DNA of 64,000 nt. It comes from an uncultured virus (IMG/VR IMGVR_UViG_3300008219_000006). Lineage: Duplodnaviria; Heunggongvirae; Uroviricota; Caudoviricetes. Made by a program: the position numbers and the translations under genes. Shown here piece after piece: positions 17,771 through 27,113 of this stretch. Position 1 is the stretch's first letter. Every line of letters starts with the position of its first letter. The notes beneath the pieces were generated by a model. That model saw only the letters and a list, made by a program, of their open reading frames with translations, searched no databases and was not told the DNA's origin. The DNA lies in IMG/VR virus record IMGVR_UViG_3300008219_000006, one strand, 5' to 3'.

Positions 17771-19363
17771 ATGCAAGAGAAAACAATAGCAGAAAGATTT
17801 AAAAAATTAGATAGTTTTCGTCATGCTAAGTTGGAAAGAGCTAGGTTTTGTTCTTCTTTAACTATTCCTTCAATCTTTCCTCCTCATGGTTTCAATGATG
17901 ACAGTGATCTCAATAAACCATATTCATCGGTAGCCGCTCGCGGTGTTACTGCTATGTCTTCTCGTATTCTTCATGCTCTACTTCCTCTAGATGACTCTCC
18001 CTTTTTTAGATTCAATCTTAAAGGAGGACAAGAACCATCAACAGAGACTCAAGTTTATCTTAATAATTTAGCTTACCAAGTTTATACAAAACTAACAAGC
18101 CAAAACCTTAGGGAAACATTATTCCAAGCACTTCAACATTGTATTGTAGTTGGAGATGTAATGGTTGTTCAAGAAGATGATTATACATTTAGGAACATAA
18201 GGCTTGATCACTATGTTATAAGACGAGATGTGAATGGTGATTTACTTGAGATTATTTATTTAGAGTTTATTTCTAAGTCAGAAGATGAACAATTAAATGA
18301 TTCTGGATATGCTGTTGGTGCTGATTATTCAAAACAAGGATATGATGTCGAATTTAATAGGATATTTAAGGGAGAACAAGGAGAGTGGGTTGCTCAAAAA
18401 GAAATGAATGGCGATCTTATAGAAGTTGGTATGTATAATGTTATACCTTTTGCCGTTCTTCGTTGGAACTCAATTGCTGGTGAACCTTATTCAAGATCTC
18501 ATTGTGAAGACTTGATTGGTGATATTGAAACACTTGAGAATTATACTAGAGCAATGATCGAGGGTATGGCAGCAAGTTCTACTTTCTGGATGGCTGTAGA
18601 TCCAGCAGGTATCACAGATATTGATGATGTCGGTGTTGCTCCTAATGGTCAATGGATTGCTGCGAGACGGGAAGACATTGAAGCTATTAGTCCAGCTTCT
18701 ACAATGAGCCCTCAAGTTCAAGCTGTCTCAGCAGCTGTTCAAGTTATGCGAAGAGAAATTGGACAAGCTTTTCTTTTAGATTCTGCCTCCATTCCTTCGG
18801 GAGATCGTGTTACTGCTACAGCTGTAAGACGTATTGGTCAAGAACTTGAGAATGTTTTAGGCGGTGCTTTTAGTGCCATTGCTAGAGATTTATTTGTACC
18901 AATTCTTAACAGAACTGTCTTTCTTATGGTAGATGATGGGTCAATTGATCCTAGATTGTTTGAACAATTCTTTAATACCCAAGGTAATTTAGATGTAGAG
19001 ATTGTTACTGGACTTCAGGCTCTTAATAGAGAGTCTGATCTTACTAAGTTAATGCAGCTTGGAGAAATGGTTAGAAACCTACCACCAGAATCAATTGCTA
19101 CTTTTAGGTGGGACGAATTTGGAAGAGCTTTAGTTAGTACACTAGGATTTGATCCTGAGAATTGGATTAAGTCAGAAGAAGAAGTACAACAGATGCAACA
19201 ACAAATGCAACAGCAGCAAATGCAACAGCAAATGCAGCAACAACTTCTCCAGCAAGGCGGGGCAGCGGTTGCTAATGTGGCTCAGCAAGCTGCTGGTCAA
19301 GATTTAGAAGAGCAAACTGGTGGATCTAACATAGCTCAGGTTGCTCAGCAACTAGGGGTTTAA
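17771..19363 (+). CDS. Head-tail connector / portal protein (gp8)
   Basis: LTIPSIFP, SVAARGV, PFFR, YVIRRD, GEPYSRS, RVTAT, ELENVLGG, IVTGLQAL; Q-rich tail. Confidence 0.95.
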   Translation: MQEKTIAERFKKLDSFRHAKLERARFCSSLTIPSIFPPHGFNDDSDLNKPYSSVAARGVTAMSSRILHALLPLDDSPFFRFNLKGGQEPSTETQVYLNNLAYQVYTKLTSQNLRETLFQALQHCIVVGDVMVVQEDDYTFRNIRLDHYVIRRDVNGDLLEIIYLEFISKSEDEQLNDSGYAVGADYSKQGYDVEFNRIFKGEQGEWVAQKEMNGDLIEVGMYNVIPFAVLRWNSIAGEPYSRSHCEDLIGDIETLENYTRAMIEGMAASSTFWMAVDPAGITDIDDVGVAPNGQWIAARREDIEAISPASTMSPQVQAVSAAVQVMRREIGQAFLLDSASIPSGDRVTATAVRRIGQELENVLGGAFSAIARDLFVPILNRTVFLMVDDGSIDPRLFEQFFNTQGNLDVEIVTGLQALNRESDLTKLMQLGEMVRNLPPESIATFRWDEFGRALVSTLGFDPENWIKSEEEVQQMQQQMQQQQMQQQMQQQLLQQGGAAVANVAQQAAGQDLEEQTGGSNIAQVAQQLGV

Positions 19364-19378
19364 GAAAGGGGGTTCGTT

Positions 19379-19486
19379 ATGCCAACTGTAGGTAAAAAGA
19401 AGTTTCCGTATTCTAAAAAAGGTAAGGCTGCTGCTAAAAAACATGCCAAGAAAACAGGAAAGAAGATTAAAAAGAAGGATTATTAA
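19379..19486 (+). CDS. 35-aa Lys-rich protein (MPTVGKKKFPYSKKGKAAAKK...)
   Basis: GAAAGGGGG RBS; below ORF-track cutoff. Confidence 0.65.
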   Translation: MPTVGKKKFPYSKKGKAAAKKHAKKTGKKIKKKDY

Positions 19487-19488
19487 AC

Positions 19489-19602
19489 ATGGGTTGTACA
19501 AAGTGTAAAAAAAATAAGAAAAAATCTGAGCCTTTATTTAAAAAGGTTACTAAGATTATTTCTACAAGTACTAAAAAAATATTAGAGGGGGCTGTTAAAT
19601 GA
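19489..19602 (+). CDS. 37-aa basic protein with CxxC
   Basis: MGCTKCKKNKKK...; fills gap, ATGA-coupled to next gene. Confidence 0.45.
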   Translation: MGCTKCKKNKKKSEPLFKKVTKIISTSTKKILEGAVK

Positions 19603-19811
19603 CTAAGAGAAGTATTGTTTCTTTTCTAGCGGGGTTTTTCTTTGGAAGTATCTTTTCTGCGTTAATATGCATAACTGCTGAGGGCTATTATGTGAATAAA
19701 GTAGATGAAGATCTTCAAGTACCTGTTAATACAAAGATATATACTTCTTCTGATACTCATAATCCAAGAGATAACCTTCCTAATAAACCTGATTTGGATG
19801 AAGGACAATAA
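19599..19811 (+). CDS. Small membrane-anchored protein
   Basis: N-terminal hydrophobic helix; GAGGGG RBS. Confidence 0.55.
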   Translation: MTKRSIVSFLAGFFFGSIFSALICITAEGYYVNKVDEDLQVPVNTKIYTSSDTHNPRDNLPNKPDLDEGQ

Positions 19812-19823
19812 AGGAGATTATGT

Positions 19824-20258
19824 ATGGATTTTTTAACACCCGATGTAGTTACAATGCTAGGTGGTTCTCTTGCTGGGTTTATTTTTAAACAACAAGCAGA
19901 GAAAAGAAAGAATGAGCAAGAGAGAATGAAGCTTATGCTTCAGGCTCAGAAAGCTTCAGATGATACTGCAAATAGTGCTGTTAAAAGGGTCGGCATTGAT
20001 GCTGGCAGAATAACAAGAAGGATCATTGTCCTTTCTGTTTTGTTTGCGTGTATGTATGCTCCTTTTATTGCTCCAATTTTTAACATACCTATCGTTGTAG
20101 AGGTTACCCAAAAGACACAAGAATTTTTCTTTGGTCTTTTTGGTGGCAAAGAAGAAACAGTTTTTAAAGAGATTAATGGTTATCTCTTTGCAGAAGAAAA
20201 CAGGCAAGCGTTGCTTGCTATTATAGGATTTTATTTTGGCAGCGCATCTGCCAAATAA
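19824..20258 (+). CDS. Holin-like membrane protein
   Basis: Hydrophobic segments and C-terminal AIIGFYFGS motif; AAGGAG RBS. Confidence 0.55.
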   Translation: MDFLTPDVVTMLGGSLAGFIFKQQAEKRKNEQERMKLMLQAQKASDDTANSAVKRVGIDAGRITRRIIVLSVLFACMYAPFIAPIFNIPIVVEVTQKTQEFFFGLFGGKEETVFKEINGYLFAEENRQALLAIIGFYFGSASAK

Positions 20259-20272
20259 CATAGGAGAAATAG

Positions 20273-21253
20273 ATGACTGATCAACAAGTAAATGAGACTC
20301 CACAGACTCCAGAGCCAACTCCAACGGAACAATTGGCTACGGAACAATCTACACCGGAACTATCTCAAGGTGGAATTCCTGAAAACATTGCTCAAGAAGA
20401 TATTGCACAATATACTCATGAGAAACAGGCGTTCCTAAGTCATGTCAGAGATCAAGGGAAGGAAATCCCTGCAAACTTTAAGAATGCAGATGGTTGGTTT
20501 GATAGTTTGTTTGAAGCCCAAAAGAATTATACTCAAGCTCGTCAAGAAATTTCTGAGCTTAAGACTCAATATAATGAAAATGGAATTACAAATCCAAACT
20601 ATGATCCCAACGCAGGACAACCTGCCGTTGAAGCACCTATTGCTGATCCTCAAAAAGGGGAGCAGCTTCAGATTGATACTCCTCCTGAACCCACTACGAA
20701 AGAAAGTGCCTTAGATCAGGTTACTGTGAACGAGTGGAATAAATGGGGAGAAGAAATCGAGGCTAATGGAGAACTTACTCCTGAGTCTAGAGATCAAATC
20801 AGAACAAAGATGGGTGTTACTGATGAAGTGATTGATCATTTTGTTTATGGAAGACAAGCAGCTAATAAGGAAGCTTTCCGTACTGCTGCTGGTCATGTTG
20901 GGGGAGAAGAAAACCTCAATAATATTTTGGGTTGGGCGAGAGATAATCTCGAAGGTGGCGAACGGGATGCTATTAATGCACAGCTTCGTTCACCTAGTTA
21001 TGCTACAACTCTTCTGGGGTTGCAACAACGCTACAATCAGGCTGCTTCTAGTATAAGGCGACAAGAGCCTACACCTACTCCAAACAGGAGACAAGCGGGT
21101 GAAGCTATGTCTAAACAAGTTGTAGGGTATGCAAGTCAACAAGAGATGATGGCAGATATGAGAAACCCAAGATACAAAGTTGATCCTCGATTCCGAGAAG
21201 CTGTACAACAAAGAGTTAATGCTTCTCAAGGAATTATACAGGGTCACTTTTAA
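20273..21253 (+). CDS. Capsid assembly scaffolding protein (gp9)
   Basis: VGGEENL..IL.WA and GYASQQEMMADMRNPRYKVDPRFREAV; position between portal and capsid. Confidence 0.9.
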   Translation: MTDQQVNETPQTPEPTPTEQLATEQSTPELSQGGIPENIAQEDIAQYTHEKQAFLSHVRDQGKEIPANFKNADGWFDSLFEAQKNYTQARQEISELKTQYNENGITNPNYDPNAGQPAVEAPIADPQKGEQLQIDTPPEPTTKESALDQVTVNEWNKWGEEIEANGELTPESRDQIRTKMGVTDEVIDHFVYGRQAANKEAFRTAAGHVGGEENLNNILGWARDNLEGGERDAINAQLRSPSYATTLLGLQQRYNQAASSIRRQEPTPTPNRRQAGEAMSKQVVGYASQQEMMADMRNPRYKVDPRFREAVQQRVNASQGIIQGHF

Positions 21254-21397
21254 TTAATGCGTTTGAAACAATAAATATTCTTAGGGGATATTGAATGGTT
21301 TCCTTTTACCAAAGAACTCGAAAGAATAATTCTAAGGTAGCTGTCGTATATTGTATTTTTATTTTAAATTCATAATATATGATAAAGGAGATTTATC

Positions 21398-22924
21398 ATG
21401 GCATTTAGTGGAGATCAAATTCTACTTCATGGAGATATCGGGTATCGAGCAGATACTTCGCTCCATACTGCTACAACTCCGGGTGCTCCGGGTCGTTTGT
21501 GGCTCCCGATATGGTCGGGTGAAGTCATCAATGCGTATGACGAATATAATATGTTTGAAAATTTAGTTACTAGCAGACAAATTGCTAGTGGTATGCAAAT
21601 GGAGTTCCCAATCACTGGTACAGTAGGTCTTAACGCTGTCTGGGCTGCGGGTGAAGAGCTTGGTGGTGGTAACGATAAAGACGGTAACTCACCAATTTCA
21701 GATTCATTTGTTGTTACTTTGGACAAGCGTCCAATGGCTGCTCACTTCGAGCTAGACAACATTGACCAAATGGTATCACAGTGGGAATACAGAGCAGAGC
21801 TTGCACGTCAAGCTGGTTTGCGTCTTGCTTCTACTCGTGATAAACAACTTGCGTCTTTCGTATCTCGTGCTATATGCAACAGTATTGAGCTTGAAAAGAC
21901 TGCTATAGATACAGTTTGTTTATCTTTTGACGAAGTTGGTGCTCCGGGCAACGATTCCACTTTGTGGGGAACTGTTACCGCAGGTATAGCTAGTACACGA
22001 GGTATGCAACCTAGACACCAGTTTGGATTTGCAAGAACTCGTGATAACTTCCAATACTTAGGAAGTGGCACTGCATCTGCTGCAAATAGAACTACAGCTG
22101 CTTTAGAACTTCTTCAATATGTGGAAGACTTCTTAGTACGTCAACAAGAAGCTGACATTCCTGAAGAACCATACTTCTTAGTAGTTGAACCAAGAACTTT
22201 CCAAGATATCCGTGCTCTTGGTGTTGCTCGTGCAACCGGCGATCTTGATGATGGCGGTCGTAGACCTTTATTCGGTGCAACTGAAGACATGGGTGGCTTA
22301 GGTGCTGGTTTATCTCAAGGTATGTTTGGACTAGGTGATACTCTAGTTTACATGGGTGTTACTATTGTTAAGAGCAATCACCTACCTGTTGCAAACTATG
22401 CAACTGTTGCCACAAGTAATCCTGATGCATCACCTGACACTAATCTTGTACCAGTTATTGGTGAAGATAAGTATAATGTTCAAGGTCTTGAAGCTGGTAT
22501 TAAAGCACTTATGTTTACAGCTTCAGCTATTGCATCAATTAGACTACAAGGTCTTAAAGTTGATACAGTAGATGATGTTCGTAGAAATACAGTATTTACT
22601 GTTGCTTCTATGATGGGTGGTACTGGTATTCTTAAACCAGAATGCACAGGTGTTGTCCTTGATGGTATCAAGTACAAAGGTTCTGTAACTGCTGAGGTGG
22701 ATGACATCGCAGGAGGTGCTTTAGAAATGAACGAAACTGATACTGATGATATTACGTTAGCAGAAATTAACGCTTCTGGTTCTGTAGATGCAGCTAAAGG
22801 TTCCATTCTTATTGACCTGTATGGAAATGCACTATTCAATGGTAAACCTGCACTTGATTCTGCACTATCAAATAATATTCCTACTGGTCTTGGTGCAATA
22901 CCGGGAGCATTTGTTAAGTCATAA
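21398..22924 (+). CDS. Major capsid protein (gp10-like) with insertions and C-terminal extension
   Basis: WSGEVINAY, RQIASGMQMEFP, ELARQAG..LA...D, VKSNHLP, GILKPE match the T7-type capsid pattern. Confidence 0.92.
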   Translation: MAFSGDQILLHGDIGYRADTSLHTATTPGAPGRLWLPIWSGEVINAYDEYNMFENLVTSRQIASGMQMEFPITGTVGLNAVWAAGEELGGGNDKDGNSPISDSFVVTLDKRPMAAHFELDNIDQMVSQWEYRAELARQAGLRLASTRDKQLASFVSRAICNSIELEKTAIDTVCLSFDEVGAPGNDSTLWGTVTAGIASTRGMQPRHQFGFARTRDNFQYLGSGTASAANRTTAALELLQYVEDFLVRQQEADIPEEPYFLVVEPRTFQDIRALGVARATGDLDDGGRRPLFGATEDMGGLGAGLSQGMFGLGDTLVYMGVTIVKSNHLPVANYATVATSNPDASPDTNLVPVIGEDKYNVQGLEAGIKALMFTASAIASIRLQGLKVDTVDDVRRNTVFTVASMMGGTGILKPECTGVVLDGIKYKGSVTAEVDDIAGGALEMNETDTDDITLAEINASGSVDAAKGSILIDLYGNALFNGKPALDSALSNNIPTGLGAIPGAFVKS

Positions 22925-22960
22925 TAATTATATTATTTTTATTTATAATATTATATTGAC

Positions 22961-23006
22961 ATTCGCCCTCTCTTCTCGAAAGGGGAGAGTGGGTTTTTAG
23001 TTTTTT
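22961..23006 (+). terminator. Intrinsic terminator after the capsid gene (T-phi analogue)
   Basis: ctctcttct-cgaa-aggggagag stem with G-U pairs, followed by tttttagtttttt. Confidence 0.75.
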
Positions 23007-23021
23007 ATAAGGAGCACTATA

Positions 23022-26000
23022 ATGGGAATGATTTCTAAGTTAGAAGCTATTAATCGTATGCTCCTCAATAGTGGGGAGCAAATAGTAACATCTCTTGATG
23101 ATGACCAATCTGTTGATCTAACGATAGCTAAATATGTTTTCAATGAAACTGTTAGAGACTATCAGTTAAGAGGTACACTACACAACAAAGATATCAAGAA
23201 GTATTTTCTTGGTTCTGTTGTAAACATGGGTCTACCCACTACTACTACTGCAAATACTGTGCTGTTGGATTCTGGTACACTGAAGACGTTTACGTTTGAT
23301 ACTGGATTATCTATTAGTGTTGTTTTTACAGCCAATACTATTCCATCTGATGGATTAACATTGGCTTCTTATGGTAAGAATTGGATTAAACAAATAGAAG
23401 AAGGCGACTCAGGACATGATGCTATTTCTAATATGTTCGGGACTACCACGACATCCGATGCTGTTAAGTTAAGAACTATAGATGGTACGGATACTAGTGT
23501 AACTGTTGATGTTTCCTACCTTATGGGTGTCTGTGAAAGCTTTACCGTATCTCCTAACTATAATGGGTCTGGATTTGCTGATGGGGATGAGGTAAGAATT
23601 AAACCAGTAGCTTCTGGCTTTGGTGCTCATATTAATCATGGCGGTACTCATGCCTTTGAAGATCCTCTCATTGGAGATCTAGAAACAACTAGATGGATCT
23701 GGGATTCAGTAAGTGCTGCTAATACTACTAGTAATACTAGTTGTTGGGGAGCTGAAGAATATAATGCTGGTGGTGTCGTATGTACCGTAACTGCAAGTAC
23801 TGGTGCTCTTCGATATTTTGAAGATGGTTCTGGATCTACTGCTCCACAAAAGACTTCTTCTAGTGTTCTTCTGGATACTAGTACGTCTGTAACCAATGCA
23901 ACAAACAACTTCTGGAACCTATCAACATCGACTACCAAATCCTATCCGGGATATAACTATAGTTCTAGTAAAACCAAGAGTCAAGAGATTCAATACTTAA
24001 GTGGTACTGGTACTGGTAAAAGAGCTAGGGCTAATATAACACTGGCTGATGGTGTTGTCAAAACATTAGGTGACTTTAAGGATAGAGGAAAACTAAACAC
24101 AGCAGGAACCTATGTCCTTTTCCCTCCTTATCAAGGCAGCTACCAAGATCTTAGTGGATCTAGTAGATCTAGTGTAACTACAACTATTAAAAATAATGTG
24201 CTTCCTCCCGATGTTGAATCGGATAGTAATGCAAGTTTGTGTCTTGAAGATGCTGGTGAACTTAACTCATCTAACTTTACTGCGGCAACGTGGTATACGT
24301 TTGATAGTAGAATAGCAGGGTTGGATGGAACATCTAAACTTTATACTCATCCCACCTCCTATACAGGAGACGATGGAGAATCATATACCTGTCAAATTAA
24401 AGGATATGTTAATAATAAAGTATTAAACCCTATTACGTTTAATCATTATTTACTACGAGAGCTAACTACTATTGGAACAGCGGCATATACGGCTACTGGA
24501 TTTCAAGAACAAATTCTAACCTCTACTACTAAGAGTTCTGGGGGTGTTAACTGTAAAGCATTATTTAGAGAATCATCAGACAAACTCATTGATGTTCAGT
24601 TGGTAGATGGAGGATATGGATGGGAAGTAGGAGATGTCATTACATTTGTTTTTGCAGATAGCTCTAGTGTTCCAGCAGATACAAGCGTTGCTCTTAAACA
24701 GAAGAAAGTAAGTATAACAATCCCTGCCTCAAATACATATCATCCGTCTGGAAGATCTCTTGTTTCTACTCTTGGAATTCAGAAAATTAAAACTATGCCA
24801 GCATCTTCTAACTATAGAGGAGAAGCTCTTTGGCATGGTGGTACTACAGACGATGATACAGGATCAGTTGGTTGTCTTCATATGCTTGGTATGAATAATA
24901 TATACGGAGCAACTGGAGGTACTGCTGGCTTTGATTTTGCTTCTGGAAGTACAGGTAGACAATTATATTATCTTGTTTGGGATACTGGAACAGATGTAGA
25001 GAATTGTATTATTCAAGGAAATGAGTCTGCAAGCGGAAATGTAGATCTTGAAGCTATTGTCGATAGCGGTAGAGGATATGAGGTTGAGGTTGGAAGGGCT
25101 AGTTCTTTGAAACTTAAGAGAGTTTCTGATGATGTAGAATCTGTAGCTTTGGATATTAAGTTAGGGTTTCCAGATGCGGGTCTTGGTTCTGTTCTTAGTG
25201 CTATAGCCAGCAAGAGAGGTATTACTGGTCCTCTAATAAAGATGAAGAGAGAAGTAACCAGTACAAATCAGAAGACAGTAGCCGATGTTAGTTATCCATC
25301 GTCAGGTGCTCTTAGTGCAGAGTCATACTTTGCTCCATCGTTCTACTTTTATACAGAAGATGCAGCCTCTACCTATAATTCAGCTGATGATCAGAATCTA
25401 TATACTGGTGTGGTTGATGCTGCTACTCTTGTTCATAATGGTGCAGACTATACTGCATCTACGACCCAAGAATATGAGATTAATGATACTGGAGCAGGTG
25501 CAGCTGCTAGTTTGACCGCATTTGTATTTGCTGGAGCGATTGATCTTGGAGAAACCATACAATTTATTTCTACTGATGGTACAGATAAGACTTATGAGTA
25601 TAGTACTTCATCTAATGGTACTGTTCTTACCAACGGTAATATTGCTGTTAATAGAGATACTTCCCCTCTTGCTGCTGAAGCAGCTGCTAACTTAAAAACA
25701 GCTATGGAGGGTTCTAATGGACATGGTGGTTCTAGATTTAATGTAGCAATAGCTACTAATGAATTAACTATTACTCAAATGATAAAAGGAACGGCAGGAA
25801 ATACAACAGTTACTGTAAGTAGTTCATTTAATGATGGTATTTCTGGTACTGTAGCAACCGCCTTTACTGGTGGTACTGATGCTAGAGCAAGTCTATATAT
25901 CAGTGATGTATTAAATGGTGTTATTACTGACTTTACTATTATGAATCCCGGTAGTGGGTATGTTGTAGGAGATGTTCTCACGATCAAGTCTCCTTCAACC

Positions 26001-27113
26001 AGTACATCTTCGGTTGTATTTAGAGCAGGAGAAGTTACAAGCGGATCTATATCTGGATTAACTTTGAAGTATACTGATAAGACTGATATTGTCGGACCCG
26101 ATGCCTTTACAAGTTATGGTTGGGGATATAGTAATGAAATGGTAGATGATAATACTAATTATCCAGATGTTACTTCTAATGTAACCGAGTTTGCTGTTTG
26201 TGAGGTAGTTAGTGGTTCAGGTGTTATTCATGATGCCGTAGCTTCGGTATTTAATGTAAGAGGTACAGTAGGAGGAACAAATACTATTACAAGTGGTGTA
26301 GTTTATGCTGTTGATGACCAAGCCGATGACACTTCAAGTGCCTTAGTAAGAGGTATGCAACTGACTGTTGATGGAGATAGTACTGTTATTTCTAATAGTT
26401 ATGTTTCGTCTATCTTCAATCTTACAAAAGTTAAAAATGTTCAGCCAGCTTCGGTATCTATTCTGTCTTCTGGACATAAGTATTCAGATGGAGATACTGT
26501 TTCCATTAGCTATACCGATACCGCAGGAACAAGTGCAACATATTCCCTTCCTGTTAATGCTATATCAAAGAAGATAGTCTTACAAGAAAACGCAGAGATA
26601 TTTGACCTTACCGAAGGTCCTGTTAATAAAACAATCTTATCTGCAAGATATGCAAATGGTCATTTAGAAGGCGACTTTGAATATGATAGTGATGATATTC
26701 TAATAAATGGTGCAGACTATTTTAGACAACAAGATGGAAAGATATATCTAAAGAATCTTACAAACGATACTCTTGAATGGGATGATACTAAAGTTACTGA
26801 TGGTAGAAATGTTGAAGTTATTTATTTCATTCCTTGGGAAGAAGTTGAAACTTCTATGCAAAGTTCTATAATAGATAGTGCTGTTCGAGAATATCAAAGA
26901 ATAGTTGTTGGAGACTTGAATGTAGATCAGATTCTATTAAGACGAGAGACAGAATCCAAATGGCTGTCTAAGTCTAAAGATATTACCAGTCGTGGAAGAA
27001 ATATTTTAGTTACTGGTGATCCTAATGTTTATAAAGCTGTTCACAGAAATAGGACTGTAGGATCTAATGATGCTTGGCCTAGAAGAAAATGGAGAGGACT
27101 ACCTAATGGCTAA
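23022..27113 (+). CDS. Tail tubular protein A (gp11-like) with ~1100-aa internal insertion
   Basis: N-terminal LEAINRMLLNSGEQIVTSL...YQLRG and C-terminal VEVIYFIPWEEV...SAVREYQ..VGD resemble gp11 ends; position after the capsid. Confidence 0.8.
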   Translation: MGMISKLEAINRMLLNSGEQIVTSLDDDQSVDLTIAKYVFNETVRDYQLRGTLHNKDIKKYFLGSVVNMGLPTTTTANTVLLDSGTLKTFTFDTGLSISVVFTANTIPSDGLTLASYGKNWIKQIEEGDSGHDAISNMFGTTTTSDAVKLRTIDGTDTSVTVDVSYLMGVCESFTVSPNYNGSGFADGDEVRIKPVASGFGAHINHGGTHAFEDPLIGDLETTRWIWDSVSAANTTSNTSCWGAEEYNAGGVVCTVTASTGALRYFEDGSGSTAPQKTSSSVLLDTSTSVTNATNNFWNLSTSTTKSYPGYNYSSSKTKSQEIQYLSGTGTGKRARANITLADGVVKTLGDFKDRGKLNTAGTYVLFPPYQGSYQDLSGSSRSSVTTTIKNNVLPPDVESDSNASLCLEDAGELNSSNFTAATWYTFDSRIAGLDGTSKLYTHPTSYTGDDGESYTCQIKGYVNNKVLNPITFNHYLLRELTTIGTAAYTATGFQEQILTSTTKSSGGVNCKALFRESSDKLIDVQLVDGGYGWEVGDVITFVFADSSSVPADTSVALKQKKVSITIPASNTYHPSGRSLVSTLGIQKIKTMPASSNYRGEALWHGGTTDDDTGSVGCLHMLGMNNIYGATGGTAGFDFASGSTGRQLYYLVWDTGTDVENCIIQGNESASGNVDLEAIVDSGRGYEVEVGRASSLKLKRVSDDVESVALDIKLGFPDAGLGSVLSAIASKRGITGPLIKMKREVTSTNQKTVADVSYPSSGALSAESYFAPSFYFYTEDAASTYNSADDQNLYTGVVDAATLVHNGADYTASTTQEYEINDTGAGAAASLTAFVFAGAIDLGETIQFISTDGTDKTYEYSTSSNGTVLTNGNIAVNRDTSPLAAEAAANLKTAMEGSNGHGGSRFNVAIATNELTITQMIKGTAGNTTVTVSSSFNDGISGTVATAFTGGTDARASLYISDVLNGVITDFTIMNPGSGYVVGDVLTIKSPSTSTSSVVFRAGEVTSGSISGLTLKYTDKTDIVGPDAFTSYGWGYSNEMVDDNTNYPDVTSNVTEFAVCEVVSGSGVIHDAVASVFNVRGTVGGTNTITSGVVYAVDDQADDTSSALVRGMQLTVDGDSTVISNSYVSSIFNLTKVKNVQPASVSILSSGHKYSDGDTVSISYTDTAGTSATYSLPVNAISKKIVLQENAEIFDLTEGPVNKTILSARYANGHLEGDFEYDSDDILINGADYFRQQDGKIYLKNLTNDTLEWDDTKVTDGRNVEVIYFIPWEEVETSMQSSIIDSAVREYQRIVVGDLNVDQILLRRETESKWLSKSKDITSRGRNILVTGDPNVYKAVHRNRTVGSNDAWPRRKWRGLPNG

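Noticed and set aside
19180..19260. Poly-Gln/Met repeat at portal C-terminus
   Set aside because: Q-rich tails are common in portals of T7-like environmental phages
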